Shown here piece by piece: positions 1 to 9,676 of a stretch of 64,000 nucleotides of DNA. Position numbers and translations under genes: made by a program. The DNA is from an uncultured bacterium (GTDB taxonomy: Bacteria > Chloroflexota > UBA5177 > JANWHV01), in the NCBI GenBank assembly GCA_963827235.1, contig CAWHAE010000009.1:192001-256000 (forward strand). The letters are read 5' to 3'. Below the pieces are notes generated by a model that had not been told where the DNA came from, did not search any database, and worked only from the letters and a program-made list of their open reading frames with translations. How positions within the stretch are numbered: position 1 is the stretch's first letter; each line of letters starts with the position of its first letter.

Positions 1-456
1 GGTATCCTGGGCGCTCAGTTCCCCGCTGCATGGCGCGTTCCCGGCGCCGACTTTCACGCCGTGGCGCGCGAGAGCGAGCCGTCCTTCCTCAAGGACACCG
101 TGAAGGGCAGCCCCGTGGTGCTGGTCGTGCTCTATGACGCCCGGAAGCGGGCACCGGCCTCTGAAGGGGACGTGCTTGGCTTCATGAGTCTTGGCTGTGC
201 CATGGAGAACATGTGGCTCGTTGCCCAGTCCCTGGGCATCGGCATGCAGATCATGAGCGTCTTCGGCGGAGTGCCTGTGGAGAAGGAGCTGAAGGAGTTG
301 CTCGCCGTCCCCGCGCACATGAAGATCGCCTTTGCCGTCCGCCTGGGCCATGCTGTTGGCAAGGCGGCCGGCACTGTGCGCGTGCGTCGTGACGTCGACG
401 ACTTCGCGCACGAGAATCGCTTTGGAGCCGGGTTCAGGGCCGAGGGCAGCGCCTGA
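1..456 (+). CDS. Nitroreductase family protein (5' end outside window)
   Basis: Frame is open from base 1; SLGCAMENMWLVAQSLGIG and AVRLG match the nitroreductase fold signature. Confidence 0.85.
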   Translation, partial: GILGAQFPAAWRVPGADFHAVARESEPSFLKDTVKGSPVVLVVLYDARKRAPASEGDVLGFMSLGCAMENMWLVAQSLGIGMQIMSVFGGVPVEKELKELLAVPAHMKIAFAVRLGHAVGKAAGTVRVRRDVDDFAHENRFGAGFRAEGSA

Positions 457-787
457 AGGCAGGCCGTGTCGGGAGCCTGCCCTCGGACCACTAGAGCCGT
501 CCGGAACGTAATGCATGAGCCGGCGCGTGCGGCTTGGCATGAGCCGAGCCCACTCTGCCGGCACTCATCTGCCACGACCCCTCTGGGCCGGGCTTCGGCA
601 GTCGAGGCCGGCGGAGAACATCACCAGGATAGCCTGGTCGCCGCGCGTACGTGGTGCCTGGCAGGCGCCCCGTGGCCAGGCAACTCGGCCACCATGCGGG
701 CCCTACGCCCCGGAAGCCCTGTCCTGCATGCTAAAGTAGCAGTGGAGCAGGTAGGCTGAGCCACCGCCGGACTGAAAGGGGAAGGCG

Positions 788-2326
788 CTGAACACGAGAC
801 GACCGCTCGACGGTGGCGACCAATCCCCGAACCGCCTCGCGGCACAAGCACCCGTGCGCCTGCCTCCCGGCATCCGCCCGATCGTGGCAGGCCTCATGCT
901 GTCCATGTTCCTCGTGGCGCTGGACGGCACCATCGTCAGCACCGCCATGCCGCGCATCGCCGGCGAGCTTGGCGGCTTCTCGCTCTACGCCTGGGTACCC
1001 TCGATCTACCTGCTCATGGCGACCGTCACCACGCCGATCTACGGCAAGCTGTCGGACCTGTTCGGACGCAAGCGGATCCTGTACGCCGGCATCGGCCTGT
1101 TCGTGCTGGGCTCAGTCCTCTCGGGCGCGGCCTCGAGCATGCTGATGCTCATCGTGTTCCGTGCCGTTCAGGGCCTGGGCGCCGGCGCGGTGCAGCCGGT
1201 GACGCTGACTATCATCGGCGACATCTTCACCCTCGAGCAGCGGGCGCGCGTGCAGGGCGCGTTCAGCAGCGTCTGGGGCGTGTCCGCGGTCATCGGCCCA
1301 TTGCTCGGCGGATTCCTGGTCGACGACGTGGGATGGCGCTGGATCTTCTACCTGAACGTGCCGGTGGCGATTCTGGCCGTAGGCATGATCTCGCGCTACT
1401 TCCACGAGCATCGCACCACGCGGCGGCATGCACTGGATGTCGCCGGCGCCACCCTGCTCACCGGCGCGCTATCCGCCCTGCTCCTGCTGTTCATCGAGGG
1501 TGGCCAGGCCTGGGCGTGGCGCTCCATCCAGACCGGTGCCCTGGCGGCGATCACGGTAGCCGGGCTGGCCCTGTTCGTCCAGGTCGAGCGGCGTGCCGCC
1601 GAGCCGGTCTTCCCCCTGGATCTGTTACGCTCGCGCATCATCGCCGTGTCCGCCGTCGGAGGCTGCTTCGCCGGCGTACTGATCATGGCCGTGACCTTCG
1701 AGGTGCCGCTCTTCGTGCAGGGAGTGCTTGGCCTCGACGCCATTCACGGCGGATTGGCGCTCGCCCCCATGTCGCTGGGGTGGCCGCTCGCAGGAGCGAT
1801 CTCCGGCACCCTGGCCCTGCGTTTTGGCTACCGCCGCACTGCCGTGGCCGGCATGCTTTGCGACGTGATCGGCGTCGCCCTCCTGCTGACCCTGACGGTG
1901 CAGAGTTCCTTCGCCCTGGCCAGTCTCTTCTCTTTCGTGGTCGGCGTCGGTCTCGGCTTGAGTAGCACGCCCATGCTGATCGCCGTGCAGAGCGCCGTGG
2001 TGTGGGCCCGCCGCGGCGTGGCAACCGCGACGACCATGTTCGTGCGCAGCTTCGGCTCCGTGGTCGGACTGGCCGTCATGGGCGCTCTGATCAACAACGC
2101 CACGCAGGGCTCTACCGCCGCGACCAATCAGGCACTGAATGGCGGCACGGGCCACGCCCTGGCCGGCAGCGTGCTGTACCACGTGCATGCCTCGCTGATG
2201 GACGGCATCCACGCGGCGTTCTTTGCCGCGCTCGTCGCCGCCGTGATCGGTCTGTTCGCCGTGTCCCTTCTGCCCGGCGGCAGGGCACAGGAGCACGCAG
2301 TCGCGGAAAAGGCACCCGCCGGCTGA
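788..2326 (+). CDS. MFS drug:H+ antiporter, DHA2 (EmrB/QacA) family
   Basis: LDGTIVSTAMP, YGKLSDLFGRK, FRAVQGLG, WRWIFYLNVP; about 14 hydrophobic segments. Start is CTG 788 (after AAAGGGGA) or GTG 854. Confidence 0.92.
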   Translation: MNTRRPLDGGDQSPNRLAAQAPVRLPPGIRPIVAGLMLSMFLVALDGTIVSTAMPRIAGELGGFSLYAWVPSIYLLMATVTTPIYGKLSDLFGRKRILYAGIGLFVLGSVLSGAASSMLMLIVFRAVQGLGAGAVQPVTLTIIGDIFTLEQRARVQGAFSSVWGVSAVIGPLLGGFLVDDVGWRWIFYLNVPVAILAVGMISRYFHEHRTTRRHALDVAGATLLTGALSALLLLFIEGGQAWAWRSIQTGALAAITVAGLALFVQVERRAAEPVFPLDLLRSRIIAVSAVGGCFAGVLIMAVTFEVPLFVQGVLGLDAIHGGLALAPMSLGWPLAGAISGTLALRFGYRRTAVAGMLCDVIGVALLLTLTVQSSFALASLFSFVVGVGLGLSSTPMLIAVQSAVVWARRGVATATTMFVRSFGSVVGLAVMGALINNATQGSTAATNQALNGGTGHALAGSVLYHVHASLMDGIHAAFFAALVAAVIGLFAVSLLPGGRAQEHAVAEKAPAG

Positions 2327-2480
2327 GCGTCGATTGACGGATTGCGCCGAGCCACTGGCTGATCGAACCACTCCAGGCCGGCCTCCTGGCGGCATCCCGG
2401 CACTGGACGCGAAAGCCGCCCCCCGCGAAGCACTCTCCGTCTCCGCCCAGCGTGCCCCAGCAGAGGCAGTCGCCCGATGC

Positions 2481-2527
2481 TTGACGATAGTTTTACAGCA
2501 AACTATAATAGTTTGTGATAAAACTAT
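2481..2527 (+). promoter_or_regulatory. Sigma70 promoter overlapped by two tandem palindromic operators (probably MarR)
   Basis: TTGACG (2481-2486)-17 bp-TATAAT (2504-2509); ATAGTTT-N6-AAACTAT at 2487-2506 and 2508-2527. Confidence 0.85.
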
Positions 2528-2538
2528 TGGAGGACACG

Positions 2539-3039
2539 ATGTCGGATGGTACTGTGGTACAGTCGGCCTTCAACCTGGTGCGCCGGAGCCGGTTCGTCTA
2601 CGTCACCACCAATGGCTCCGACGGTTACCCCAACACGCGCGTGATGTTCAACCTGCTCAAGATGCGCGCCCGCGCCGTCGCCAAGGGACCGGCCTCGCTG
2701 CCGCCCGGCTTCGCCGCCTGGCTCGGCACAAACACGTCCAGCGTGAAGACCGGCGAGATCAGGCGCGATCCCCGCGTCTGCCTCTACTACGCCGGCTTGG
2801 CAAGCTGGCAAGGGCTAACACTCACCGGCACGCTCGAGGAAGTCATGGATCGCGAGGTCAAGGCTTCGCTGTGGATGAAAGGCTGGGAGATGTATTACTC
2901 CGGCGGACTGGACGGCGGAGACTTTACCGTGTTCCGCTTCCGGCCTGAGCGAGGCCGCTACTACCACGGCCGGAGCGTGACCGCGTTTGACGCCTCGCAG
3001 CCCCTGTCGATCCCTGCCGCGACGGGCAGCCCGGAGTGA
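2539..3039 (+). CDS. Pyridoxamine 5'-phosphate oxidase-like (general stress protein 26) FMN-binding protein
   Basis: GGAGG RBS; TTNGSDGYPNTRVM, TNTSSVK, DPRVCLYY, GLTLTG, W..GWEMYY.GG. Confidence 0.85.
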   Translation: MSDGTVVQSAFNLVRRSRFVYVTTNGSDGYPNTRVMFNLLKMRARAVAKGPASLPPGFAAWLGTNTSSVKTGEIRRDPRVCLYYAGLASWQGLTLTGTLEEVMDREVKASLWMKGWEMYYSGGLDGGDFTVFRFRPERGRYYHGRSVTAFDASQPLSIPAATGSPE

Positions 3040-3524
3040 CGGCGGGCCGGTCGTCGAGCGGCGAGACAGGCAGGGATGCCGTCGCGGCCCCCGCGCTCGA
3101 GGGCGGCAACCTGATCGCCAAAGCCCACGTGCTCGGCCGGCGGGTCTTCGCCCGCCTGCTCAAGCAGCATGGAATCACCGAGCTCAATCCCGCCCAGGGT
3201 AGCATCATCTACGCGCTCTGGAAGGCGGACGGGCTCTCTCAGGCCGCCCTGGCGACGCGCACCAAGCTCGACAAGTCCACGCTGACACAGATGCTGGACC
3301 GGCTGGAAGAGCAGGGACAGATCGTCCGCGCGCGCCACCCTACTGACGGCCGGCGCCACGTCATCCGGCTCACGGAGCAGAATCGTGCCGCTCATGCCTC
3401 GTACCTGGCCGTGTCGCAGGAGATGCTCTCGCTCTTCTATACCGGGCTCAGCGTCGAAGAGATCCACGCGTTCGAATCGACCCTCCGGCACGTGATCGCA
3501 AACCTCGAGTCGGCAACCCCGTAA
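3036..3524 (+). CDS. MarR family transcriptional regulator
   Basis: LSQAALA..TKLDKSTLTQMLDRLEEQG.I.R..HPTDGR winged HTH; overlaps upstream stop (GTGA). Confidence 0.93.
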   Translation: MTAGRSSSGETGRDAVAAPALEGGNLIAKAHVLGRRVFARLLKQHGITELNPAQGSIIYALWKADGLSQAALATRTKLDKSTLTQMLDRLEEQGQIVRARHPTDGRRHVIRLTEQNRAAHASYLAVSQEMLSLFYTGLSVEEIHAFESTLRHVIANLESATP

Positions 3525-3607
3525 TCGGCCAAGCGCTAACGGCTACACCCACCGCGGCCGCGGTAGTCGCTGTAGCCACCGGCACGGCGCCATCCCAACG
3601 GACGAAG

Positions 3608-3780
3608 CGCGCAACCGCGACCCTCCGCAGTGTGTACCCGGCCGGCCCGTCCCTGCCATCCTCGCAGCCGGAGGCTACAGTTCCCTCCTTCAGCCAGCCC
3701 ATCTGCGCCATCTCCCCTGTATCTGCGGCATCTGCGTTTCAGCGTCCGACCGCGATCCTCCGCGGAGGCTACCGTTCCCC
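3608..3780. repeat. REP-like dispersed repeat cluster, copy 1
   Basis: 3608-3678 aligns to 25896-25968; GGAGGCTAC(A/C)GTTCCC is repeated at 3670 and 3764; lies between convergent genes. Confidence 0.6.
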
Positions 3781-3785
3781 GCTCA

Positions 3786-5225
3786 TCACGCGGGCAGCCG
3801 GATGCTGAACGTCGTCCCTCGCAGCAAGGCACTCTCCACGTCGATGCTGCCTCCCAGCAGCTCGATCGTGCTACGGCCGATGGCCAGGCCCAGGCCGAGA
3901 CCGGCACCGCTCCGCCCGCGATCGCGGCCGCGCTCCGCTCGATAGAAGCGTTCCCAGATGCGCGGCAGGTCCTCCGCCGGGATGCCGCGGCCCGTGTCGG
4001 CCACCGCCAGCACGATCGCTCCCGCGTCCGCCCAGGCACGAAGCGTCACCACGCCGCCCGCGGGCGTGTAGCGCAGAGCGTTCTGCATGAGGTTGACGAG
4101 CACGCCCTCCAGGCGTAGCCCATCCGTCTCCAGCGGTGGCAGATCGGCGGCCACCTCCAGCTGCAGCCTGATGCCTGCCTGCTCGGCCGCTGGGGCGAAC
4201 CGCTGCTGTAGCCCGCCCAGAAGCTCCGCCACCGGCAGCGGCTCGATCACCACTGCAGCCTGTCCCGTCTCCAGCAGCGCCAGGTCGAGCAGATCGCCGG
4301 TGAGCCGGCGCAGTCGGCCGGTCTCGTCCCGGATCGTGCGCAGCGCCTCGCCGCGCTGCGGCTCTCCGGCAATAATGCCGTCTGCCAGTCCCTCGGCATA
4401 GCCCTGGATCAGTCCCAGGGGCCCGGCCAGCTCGTGAGAGACGTTCGCCACCAGGTCACGCTCGACCTGCCGCCGGTGCAGCACCTCCCCGATCATGGTG
4501 TTAAATGCCTCGGCCAGCTCTGCCGTTTCGGCGGGGCCATCCGGCATCACTCGCTCACCGTAGTTGCCGGCTGCCACGCTGTGCGCCACGGCCGTGACGG
4601 CGCGCAGAGCGCGGCTCAGCACCTGCGCGGCGGCCAGGCCGGCCACCACGGCCAGCGCCAGTGAGACACCACCCGCCAGCACCACGAGGGCAATCACTCG
4701 CCGCCACTGCGCTCCCACGGCATCCACCGGGTCCGCCAGCAGCAAGCCGCCGTGGCGGCGCGCTATCGCCGGACCCATGTCGATCCGTATGTCGCTGATC
4801 AGCTCGTTCCCCACCTGGTGCCAGCCGGCCGCCCCTCCGGAAGGCGCCCGTCGCAGATCCGCGCGCAGGCGAGCGAGCAGCTCGGTCTGCATGGACTGCG
4901 GCATGGGCGAGGCGTAGAGCAGATTGCCGGACGGTCCAAGCACCAGGGCGCGGCGGTCCGGCGTGCCGGCTAGGAGGTCGGTCATGGCGCGCGGCAGGGA
5001 CCGCGGTGCCAGGAGGAGCACGCCGGAGCGCCCCCCGCTGCAGCAGCTGCCAATCGCCGTCGTCTGCCGGGCCAGGAGAGTCCCTTGCCGGTCGATCAGA
5101 TAGGAGTTGAGAAAGACGCTCAGCAGCGCGGCGTTGGTCAGCAGCGCCAGCAAGCCCACGGCGGCAATGGCCAGGGCCAGGCGGCTGCGCAGTCCGCGCC
5201 GCCGCGTGCGTCGCGCCCCGCTCAC
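3786..5225 (-). CDS. HAMP-domain sensor histidine kinase
   Basis: Two TM segments, HAMP, VSHELAGPL H-box, NLMQNALRY, DTGRGI, FYR, GAGLGLGL; GTG overlaps the response regulator stop. Confidence 0.93.
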   Translation of the reverse strand: MSGARRTRRRGLRSRLALAIAAVGLLALLTNAALLSVFLNSYLIDRQGTLLARQTTAIGSCCSGGRSGVLLLAPRSLPRAMTDLLAGTPDRRALVLGPSGNLLYASPMPQSMQTELLARLRADLRRAPSGGAAGWHQVGNELISDIRIDMGPAIARRHGGLLLADPVDAVGAQWRRVIALVVLAGGVSLALAVVAGLAAAQVLSRALRAVTAVAHSVAAGNYGERVMPDGPAETAELAEAFNTMIGEVLHRRQVERDLVANVSHELAGPLGLIQGYAEGLADGIIAGEPQRGEALRTIRDETGRLRRLTGDLLDLALLETGQAAVVIEPLPVAELLGGLQQRFAPAAEQAGIRLQLEVAADLPPLETDGLRLEGVLVNLMQNALRYTPAGGVVTLRAWADAGAIVLAVADTGRGIPAEDLPRIWERFYRAERGRDRGRSGAGLGLGLAIGRSTIELLGGSIDVESALLRGTTFSIRLPA

Positions 5226-5914
5226 GACGGGTCCGCCACGAGCTTGTACCCGATGCCCCATACGGTGCGCACCTGCGACCCCGCGGAGCCGAGTGCTTCG
5301 CGCAGGCGGCGCACGTGCGAATCAATCGTTCTCTCGTCGCCGTCGAAGTCGTACCCCCATACGTGGTCGAGCAGCACGGCACGGGCACAGACGTCGCCGG
5401 CGTGCCAGGCCAGGTAGGCCAGCAGGTCGAACTCCCGCTCCCGCAGGGTCACCGGAACGCCGGCTACCCTCGCCTCCCGGCGAGCCGGGTCGACGGCGAT
5501 GGGGCCCACGGTGATCGCGTGCTCCGGCGCCGCCCGCACCCGGCGCAACACCGCGCCCACTCTCGCCACCAGCTCGCGTGGCGAGAACGGCTTGACCACG
5601 TAGTCGTCCGCTCCCTCCGCGAAGCCCCGCAGCCGGTCGGCCTCGGCGCGCAGCGCGGTTACCATGATGATCGGCACGTTGGCACGTGCGCGCAGAGCGC
5701 GGCAGGTCTCCCACCCCGACAGGAGCGGCAGCATCAGGTCCAGCAGAATCACCTGGGGGTGGTGCCGTTGCGCGAGCTCTATCCCTTGCTCGCCGGTCTC
5801 GGCGCTGAGCACCGTATACCCCGCGTGCTCGAGGTAGGTGCGCACGAGAGCCGCCATCGCCCTGTCGTCCTCTACGATCAGCACCGTCGATTCACCTGGT
5901 GTACCGGCGTCCAT
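5222..5914 (-). CDS. OmpR/PhoB family response regulator
   Basis: LIVEDD, LLDLMLP, GADDYVVKPFSPREL, VWGYDF..DERTIDSHVRRLR, TVWGIGYK. Confidence 0.96.
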   Translation of the reverse strand: MDAGTPGESTVLIVEDDRAMAALVRTYLEHAGYTVLSAETGEQGIELAQRHHPQVILLDLMLPLLSGWETCRALRARANVPIIMVTALRAEADRLRGFAEGADDYVVKPFSPRELVARVGAVLRRVRAAPEHAITVGPIAVDPARREARVAGVPVTLREREFDLLAYLAWHAGDVCARAVLLDHVWGYDFDGDERTIDSHVRRLREALGSAGSQVRTVWGIGYKLVADPS

Positions 5915-5953
5915 GTGTATGCCGCCCTTGCGCTGCAGATCCGGATTGCGCCG

Positions 5954-6048
5954 AGTATAACAGACGGCAAAACGTCAAGTGTGACAGAAGCGTGACCGTC
6001 GCGGGATCACAGTTCTGCCACATATCTTGGCGCGGAGCGTGTTAGCGT
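5954..6048. promoter_or_regulatory. Divergent promoters, each with an OmpR-type direct-repeat box
   Basis: Minus strand: GTCACG-cttct-GTCACA (5996-5980), 20 bp, TATACT (5959-5954). Plus strand: ATCACA-gttct-GCCACA (6006-6022), 20 bp, TAGCGT (6043-6048) with extended TG. Confidence 0.7.
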
Positions 6049-6105
6049 AAGCCTGAAGGCAGGGAGGGAACACCCGAGCCGGCATCACGTCGAAAGGAGC
6101 ACGCC

Positions 6106-8388
6106 ATGGCCTGGATTGGCCGCTTTGCCGTTCGCTTCCGCTACCCGGTGATCGTCGCCTGGGTGCTGATAACCATTTTCTGCGCGCGCGCCTTCCCTTC
6201 CCTGGGCAGTGTCGTCAACAGCGACAACAGCTCGTTCCTGCCGGCGAGCGCCCCCACCAAGCAGGCTGCCACCCTCGCCACGCCGTTCCAGCCCGCCAAC
6301 CTCTACACGTCGGTGATCGTCGCCGTACGCGCCGATGGACCGCTTACCTCACAGGACCAGGCGGCAATGACTCGGGCGGAGAACAACGCGCAGAAAGTGC
6401 GGCATGTCGCCTTCGTCCACGACCAGAGCATCTCCGCCGACGGCCGCGCTCGCAAGGCGACGATCGGCGTCGACGTTTCTCCGTCCGACAGCCGGGCCGG
6501 CACGGTGATAGACCAGGTGCGCGCGGCGCTGAGCGCCGCACATCCGGGAGCCGGTCTCAACCTCCACCTCACCGGGAACATGGCCAGCAACGTGGACAGC
6601 AAGCGCGCCACCGCCGACGCCAACCAGCGTACGCAGCTCCTGACCAATCTCGTCATCCTGATCATGCTCGTGATCGTCTTCCGCTCCATCCTGGCGCCTA
6701 TCGTCTGCCTGCTGCCGGCCGTTCTCGTTCTCCTCCTGGCCGGCCCAGTGATCGCCCGGGTGTCGTCGATCGGCTTCCAGGTATCCAGCTTCACGCAGGT
6801 CATCCTCACGGTGCTCGTGCTCGGCGCAGGCACCGACTACGGGCTATTCTTGATCCTGCGCGTCCGCGAGGAGATCCAGCGCGGGCATTCGCCGAGCCAG
6901 GCGGTGGTCGAGGCCGTGGACAAGGTAGGCGAGTCGATCAGCTTCTCTGCCGGCACCGTGATCGGCGCTCTGCTCTGCCTCTTGCTCGCCACCTTCGGCG
7001 TCTACCGCGATCTCGGTCCCGGCCTGGCCATCGGCGTGGGCCTTATGCTGCTGGCCGCCCTCACGTTCTTGCCGGCCTTGCTCAGCCTTCTGGGCGGAGG
7101 CGTCTTCTGGCCGATGCGGATCCGGCCCGGCAGCGAGCGTGCCGGCGCCTGGGGCCGCATCGCGGTCAGTATCGTCGGCAGGCCCGTGAGCACGCTCGTC
7201 GGCGGCCTCGTACTCTTTGGTGTACTCGCCGCGCTGGCCCTCGGCTACGCCGCCGGCGGCTTTGCGGCCGGTGCCACCGGTCCGGATGGTAGCGATTCAC
7301 TGCTCGGCTCGCAGGCCCTGAGCGCGCACTATCCTGCCGCCGCGGTCAATCCAACCACCGTTCTGCTGGTCTTCCCCAGCTCGGCCTGGAACGATCTCGG
7401 CCCGGTGCAGGCCGCCGAACAGGCTCTCAGCAAGCAACCCGTCTTCAAGTCCGTCAGCGGCCTGCTTGATCCGAGCGGGACCCCAATCCAGCCCTCGCAG
7501 CTTGCTCAGCTCTACTCCCGGCTCGGTGCCCCCTCAGCCCTGCCGCCGGTCGAGCCTGCGAACATTGCCGCTCAGCTACCGGTTGCCACTTACAACGCCT
7601 ACCGGGCCACCGCGCAGTTCATCAGCGCGGACGGGCGCACGCTGCAGTTCTACACCACCCTGGCGGCCGGCGATCCCGCCGGAACGCCGGCCCTGCAAGC
7701 CATTCCCGGCGTGCGCAGCGCCGTGCAAGGCGTGGCGCGTGCCGCCGGGGCGACCGCGAGCGGCGTGCTCGGCCAGGCCGCCTCGGGATACGACGTTAGC
7801 AGCGCCTCCAACGACGACCTTGTCCACATCGTGCCCGTCGTGATGCTGCTGATCGCCGTACTGCTGGGACTGGTTCTGCGCAGCACGATCGCCCCACTCT
7901 ATCTCGTGCTCAGCGTTGTGATCTCCTTCTTCGCCGCTCTCGGCGTCGCCGTCGTGATCTTCATGCACCTCAAGGGCGACGCGGGCCTGAACTTCGTGCT
8001 GCCTTTCCTGATGTTCGTCTTCTTGATGGCCCTCGGATCGGACTACAACATTCTGGTCATGAGCCGCATTCGCGAGGAATGCGGCAAACGGCGCCTGCAC
8101 GATGCCATTGCCATTGCGCTGAATGCCACCGGCACGACGGTAACCTCCGCGGGCATGATCCTGGCCGCCACCTTCGCCGTGGTTGCCGTGACGGGCTCCT
8201 CCGAGCAGGTGCGGCAGCTCGGCGCCGGTATCGCCTCCGGCGTGCTGCTCGACACCTTCCTGGTCCGCACCCTGCTGGTGCCCTCGATCGTCGTCCTGCT
8301 CGGGCGCTGGAACTGGTGGCCCTCGCCGATGGGCCGCGCGCCGGCACCGGCTCTGCTGAGCGAAAACGAAGCAGTGGCCGTCACCTGA
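6106..8388 (+). CDS. MMPL (RND superfamily) transporter
   Basis: AAGGAG RBS; GAGTDYGLFLILRVREE and ALGSDYNILVMSRIREE motifs; DTFLVRTLLVPS, NWWPS. Confidence 0.95.
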   Translation: MAWIGRFAVRFRYPVIVAWVLITIFCARAFPSLGSVVNSDNSSFLPASAPTKQAATLATPFQPANLYTSVIVAVRADGPLTSQDQAAMTRAENNAQKVRHVAFVHDQSISADGRARKATIGVDVSPSDSRAGTVIDQVRAALSAAHPGAGLNLHLTGNMASNVDSKRATADANQRTQLLTNLVILIMLVIVFRSILAPIVCLLPAVLVLLLAGPVIARVSSIGFQVSSFTQVILTVLVLGAGTDYGLFLILRVREEIQRGHSPSQAVVEAVDKVGESISFSAGTVIGALLCLLLATFGVYRDLGPGLAIGVGLMLLAALTFLPALLSLLGGGVFWPMRIRPGSERAGAWGRIAVSIVGRPVSTLVGGLVLFGVLAALALGYAAGGFAAGATGPDGSDSLLGSQALSAHYPAAAVNPTTVLLVFPSSAWNDLGPVQAAEQALSKQPVFKSVSGLLDPSGTPIQPSQLAQLYSRLGAPSALPPVEPANIAAQLPVATYNAYRATAQFISADGRTLQFYTTLAAGDPAGTPALQAIPGVRSAVQGVARAAGATASGVLGQAASGYDVSSASNDDLVHIVPVVMLLIAVLLGLVLRSTIAPLYLVLSVVISFFAALGVAVVIFMHLKGDAGLNFVLPFLMFVFLMALGSDYNILVMSRIREECGKRRLHDAIAIALNATGTTVTSAGMILAATFAVVAVTGSSEQVRQLGAGIASGVLLDTFLVRTLLVPSIVVLLGRWNWWPSPMGRAPAPALLSENEAVAVT

Positions 8389-8468
8389 CGGGTGCGCCGC
8401 GGCCCAATACGGTCCCATGGCCGCCGCCGGTGTTCGTTCTCACGCGACCTCACGACCTCATGCGGGTG

Positions 8469-8497
8469 TTGCATACAAAGTTTGAATAGCTTAAACT
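8469..8497 (+). promoter_or_regulatory. Putative sigma70 promoter with palindrome
   Basis: TTGCAT-17 bp-TAAACT in an AT-rich patch; AGTTT-N9-AAACT inverted repeat at 8479-8497. Confidence 0.55.
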
Positions 8498-8737
8498 AGC
8501 GAATGCCCGAGGATAGGCGCAATCGCGGCGAGTCGCTCTCGGTTGCAGGTGCCGCCCGAGGATTCTAAGCCAATCGAGCTGTGCTTCGTGTATGCTCGCG
8601 GCAAGCGCTGCCTCGTCCGGCGCGCGATACGTTGTACCCGCAGTTTCAACATCCGGCCAGGTAGCGAACGACCGGCGCGAGCACGCGGCGAGGTCCGCCG
8701 GCCGTCCCGCACCGGTAGCGCTGAACAGGGGTATCCT

Positions 8738-9487
8738 ATGCGCGAGGATGGACGCACTCGGTGGTTGGGCTGGGCAAGCAGCGGAGTCGTGGCCGCGCTC
8801 CTTCTCTGCGCCTACGTCCTGGCCGGTGGACTGGGAACCGGGCGGAGCCAGGCAGCGCTCGCCGTCAGCAGAAGCGGCAAGCCTGCCGCCTGGCCGAGCA
8901 TCGTCAGCATCACGATCGCCAATTCCTGCGCCCGCACGCCCTCGATCAGCGGTAGCGTTCAGGTCGAGGCTCAGCCGCAGTTCAGGGGAACGGTGGTGCT
9001 CGGACTGTTCTTCCTGTCGCAGAACGTGCCACACCGCTTTCAGGATACGGGAAGACGAGCCACGGCCGCGTTCAATGGTACGAACACCGCTTCGTATGCC
9101 TTCTCACCGTTCACGCCGGTGCCGGGCTCGCCCGCCTACGTGATCAAGATCCTGCATACCTCGCCCGAGCTTCACGTGCCCGACTCCCTCTCCGAATCGC
9201 TGGCCATTCCCGTTTGCCAGGCCGTCACGGCCACGCAGACGGTTACCTCGACTGTCACTGATACGTCTACGGCCACGCAGACCAGCACGACCACGGTGAT
9301 AAGCACGGCCACGGTGACGAGTGACCAGACGGTCACGGTCACGACGACGACCACGGACTTCGTGACGTTGACGGCCACGTCTCCCACCACGATCACCGTC
9401 ACGACGACCACGACGACGACCACCATTCCGGTTACCTCGACCGTGATCACGACGACGACCACCACTCCGGTTACCACGACGCTCTGA
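8738..9487 (+). CDS. Secreted protein with Thr-rich C-terminal tail
   Basis: Signal-like N-terminus (VVAALLLCAYVLAGG..SQA), beta-rich domain flanked by two Cys, last 86 aa contain 48 Thr. Confidence 0.8.
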   Translation: MREDGRTRWLGWASSGVVAALLLCAYVLAGGLGTGRSQAALAVSRSGKPAAWPSIVSITIANSCARTPSISGSVQVEAQPQFRGTVVLGLFFLSQNVPHRFQDTGRRATAAFNGTNTASYAFSPFTPVPGSPAYVIKILHTSPELHVPDSLSESLAIPVCQAVTATQTVTSTVTDTSTATQTSTTTVISTATVTSDQTVTVTTTTTDFVTLTATSPTTITVTTTTTTTTIPVTSTVITTTTTTPVTTTL

Positions 9488-9676
9488 TTCCACCGCGTAG
9501 CCGATACACGGGCAGGTACCACATCGCTACCGTCGCGATCCCGGCCGAGGCTGGAAGCCGTGGACGCAGTTCCGACCGTGACGCGCTGAGCTGCCTGCCA
9601 AGCGCCCAGTGCCGGGTAACAATTCGCGGCCGTCACCTCGCCACGTGCACGGAGACTTGTCGTTGCGGAGGCCAAC

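Noticed and set aside
3640-3680. Resemblance to the HDV ribozyme 5' half (GGCCGGC..GTCCC.GCC.TCCTCGC)
   Set aside because: The P3, P1 and P2 partner strands are not present in the required order
5973-5978. TTGACG as the -35 of the response-regulator promoter
   Set aside because: Only 13 bp from TATACT, too short for sigma70
9104-9493. Arg-rich and Val-rich minus-strand ORFs
   Set aside because: Mirror translations of the Thr-codon tract
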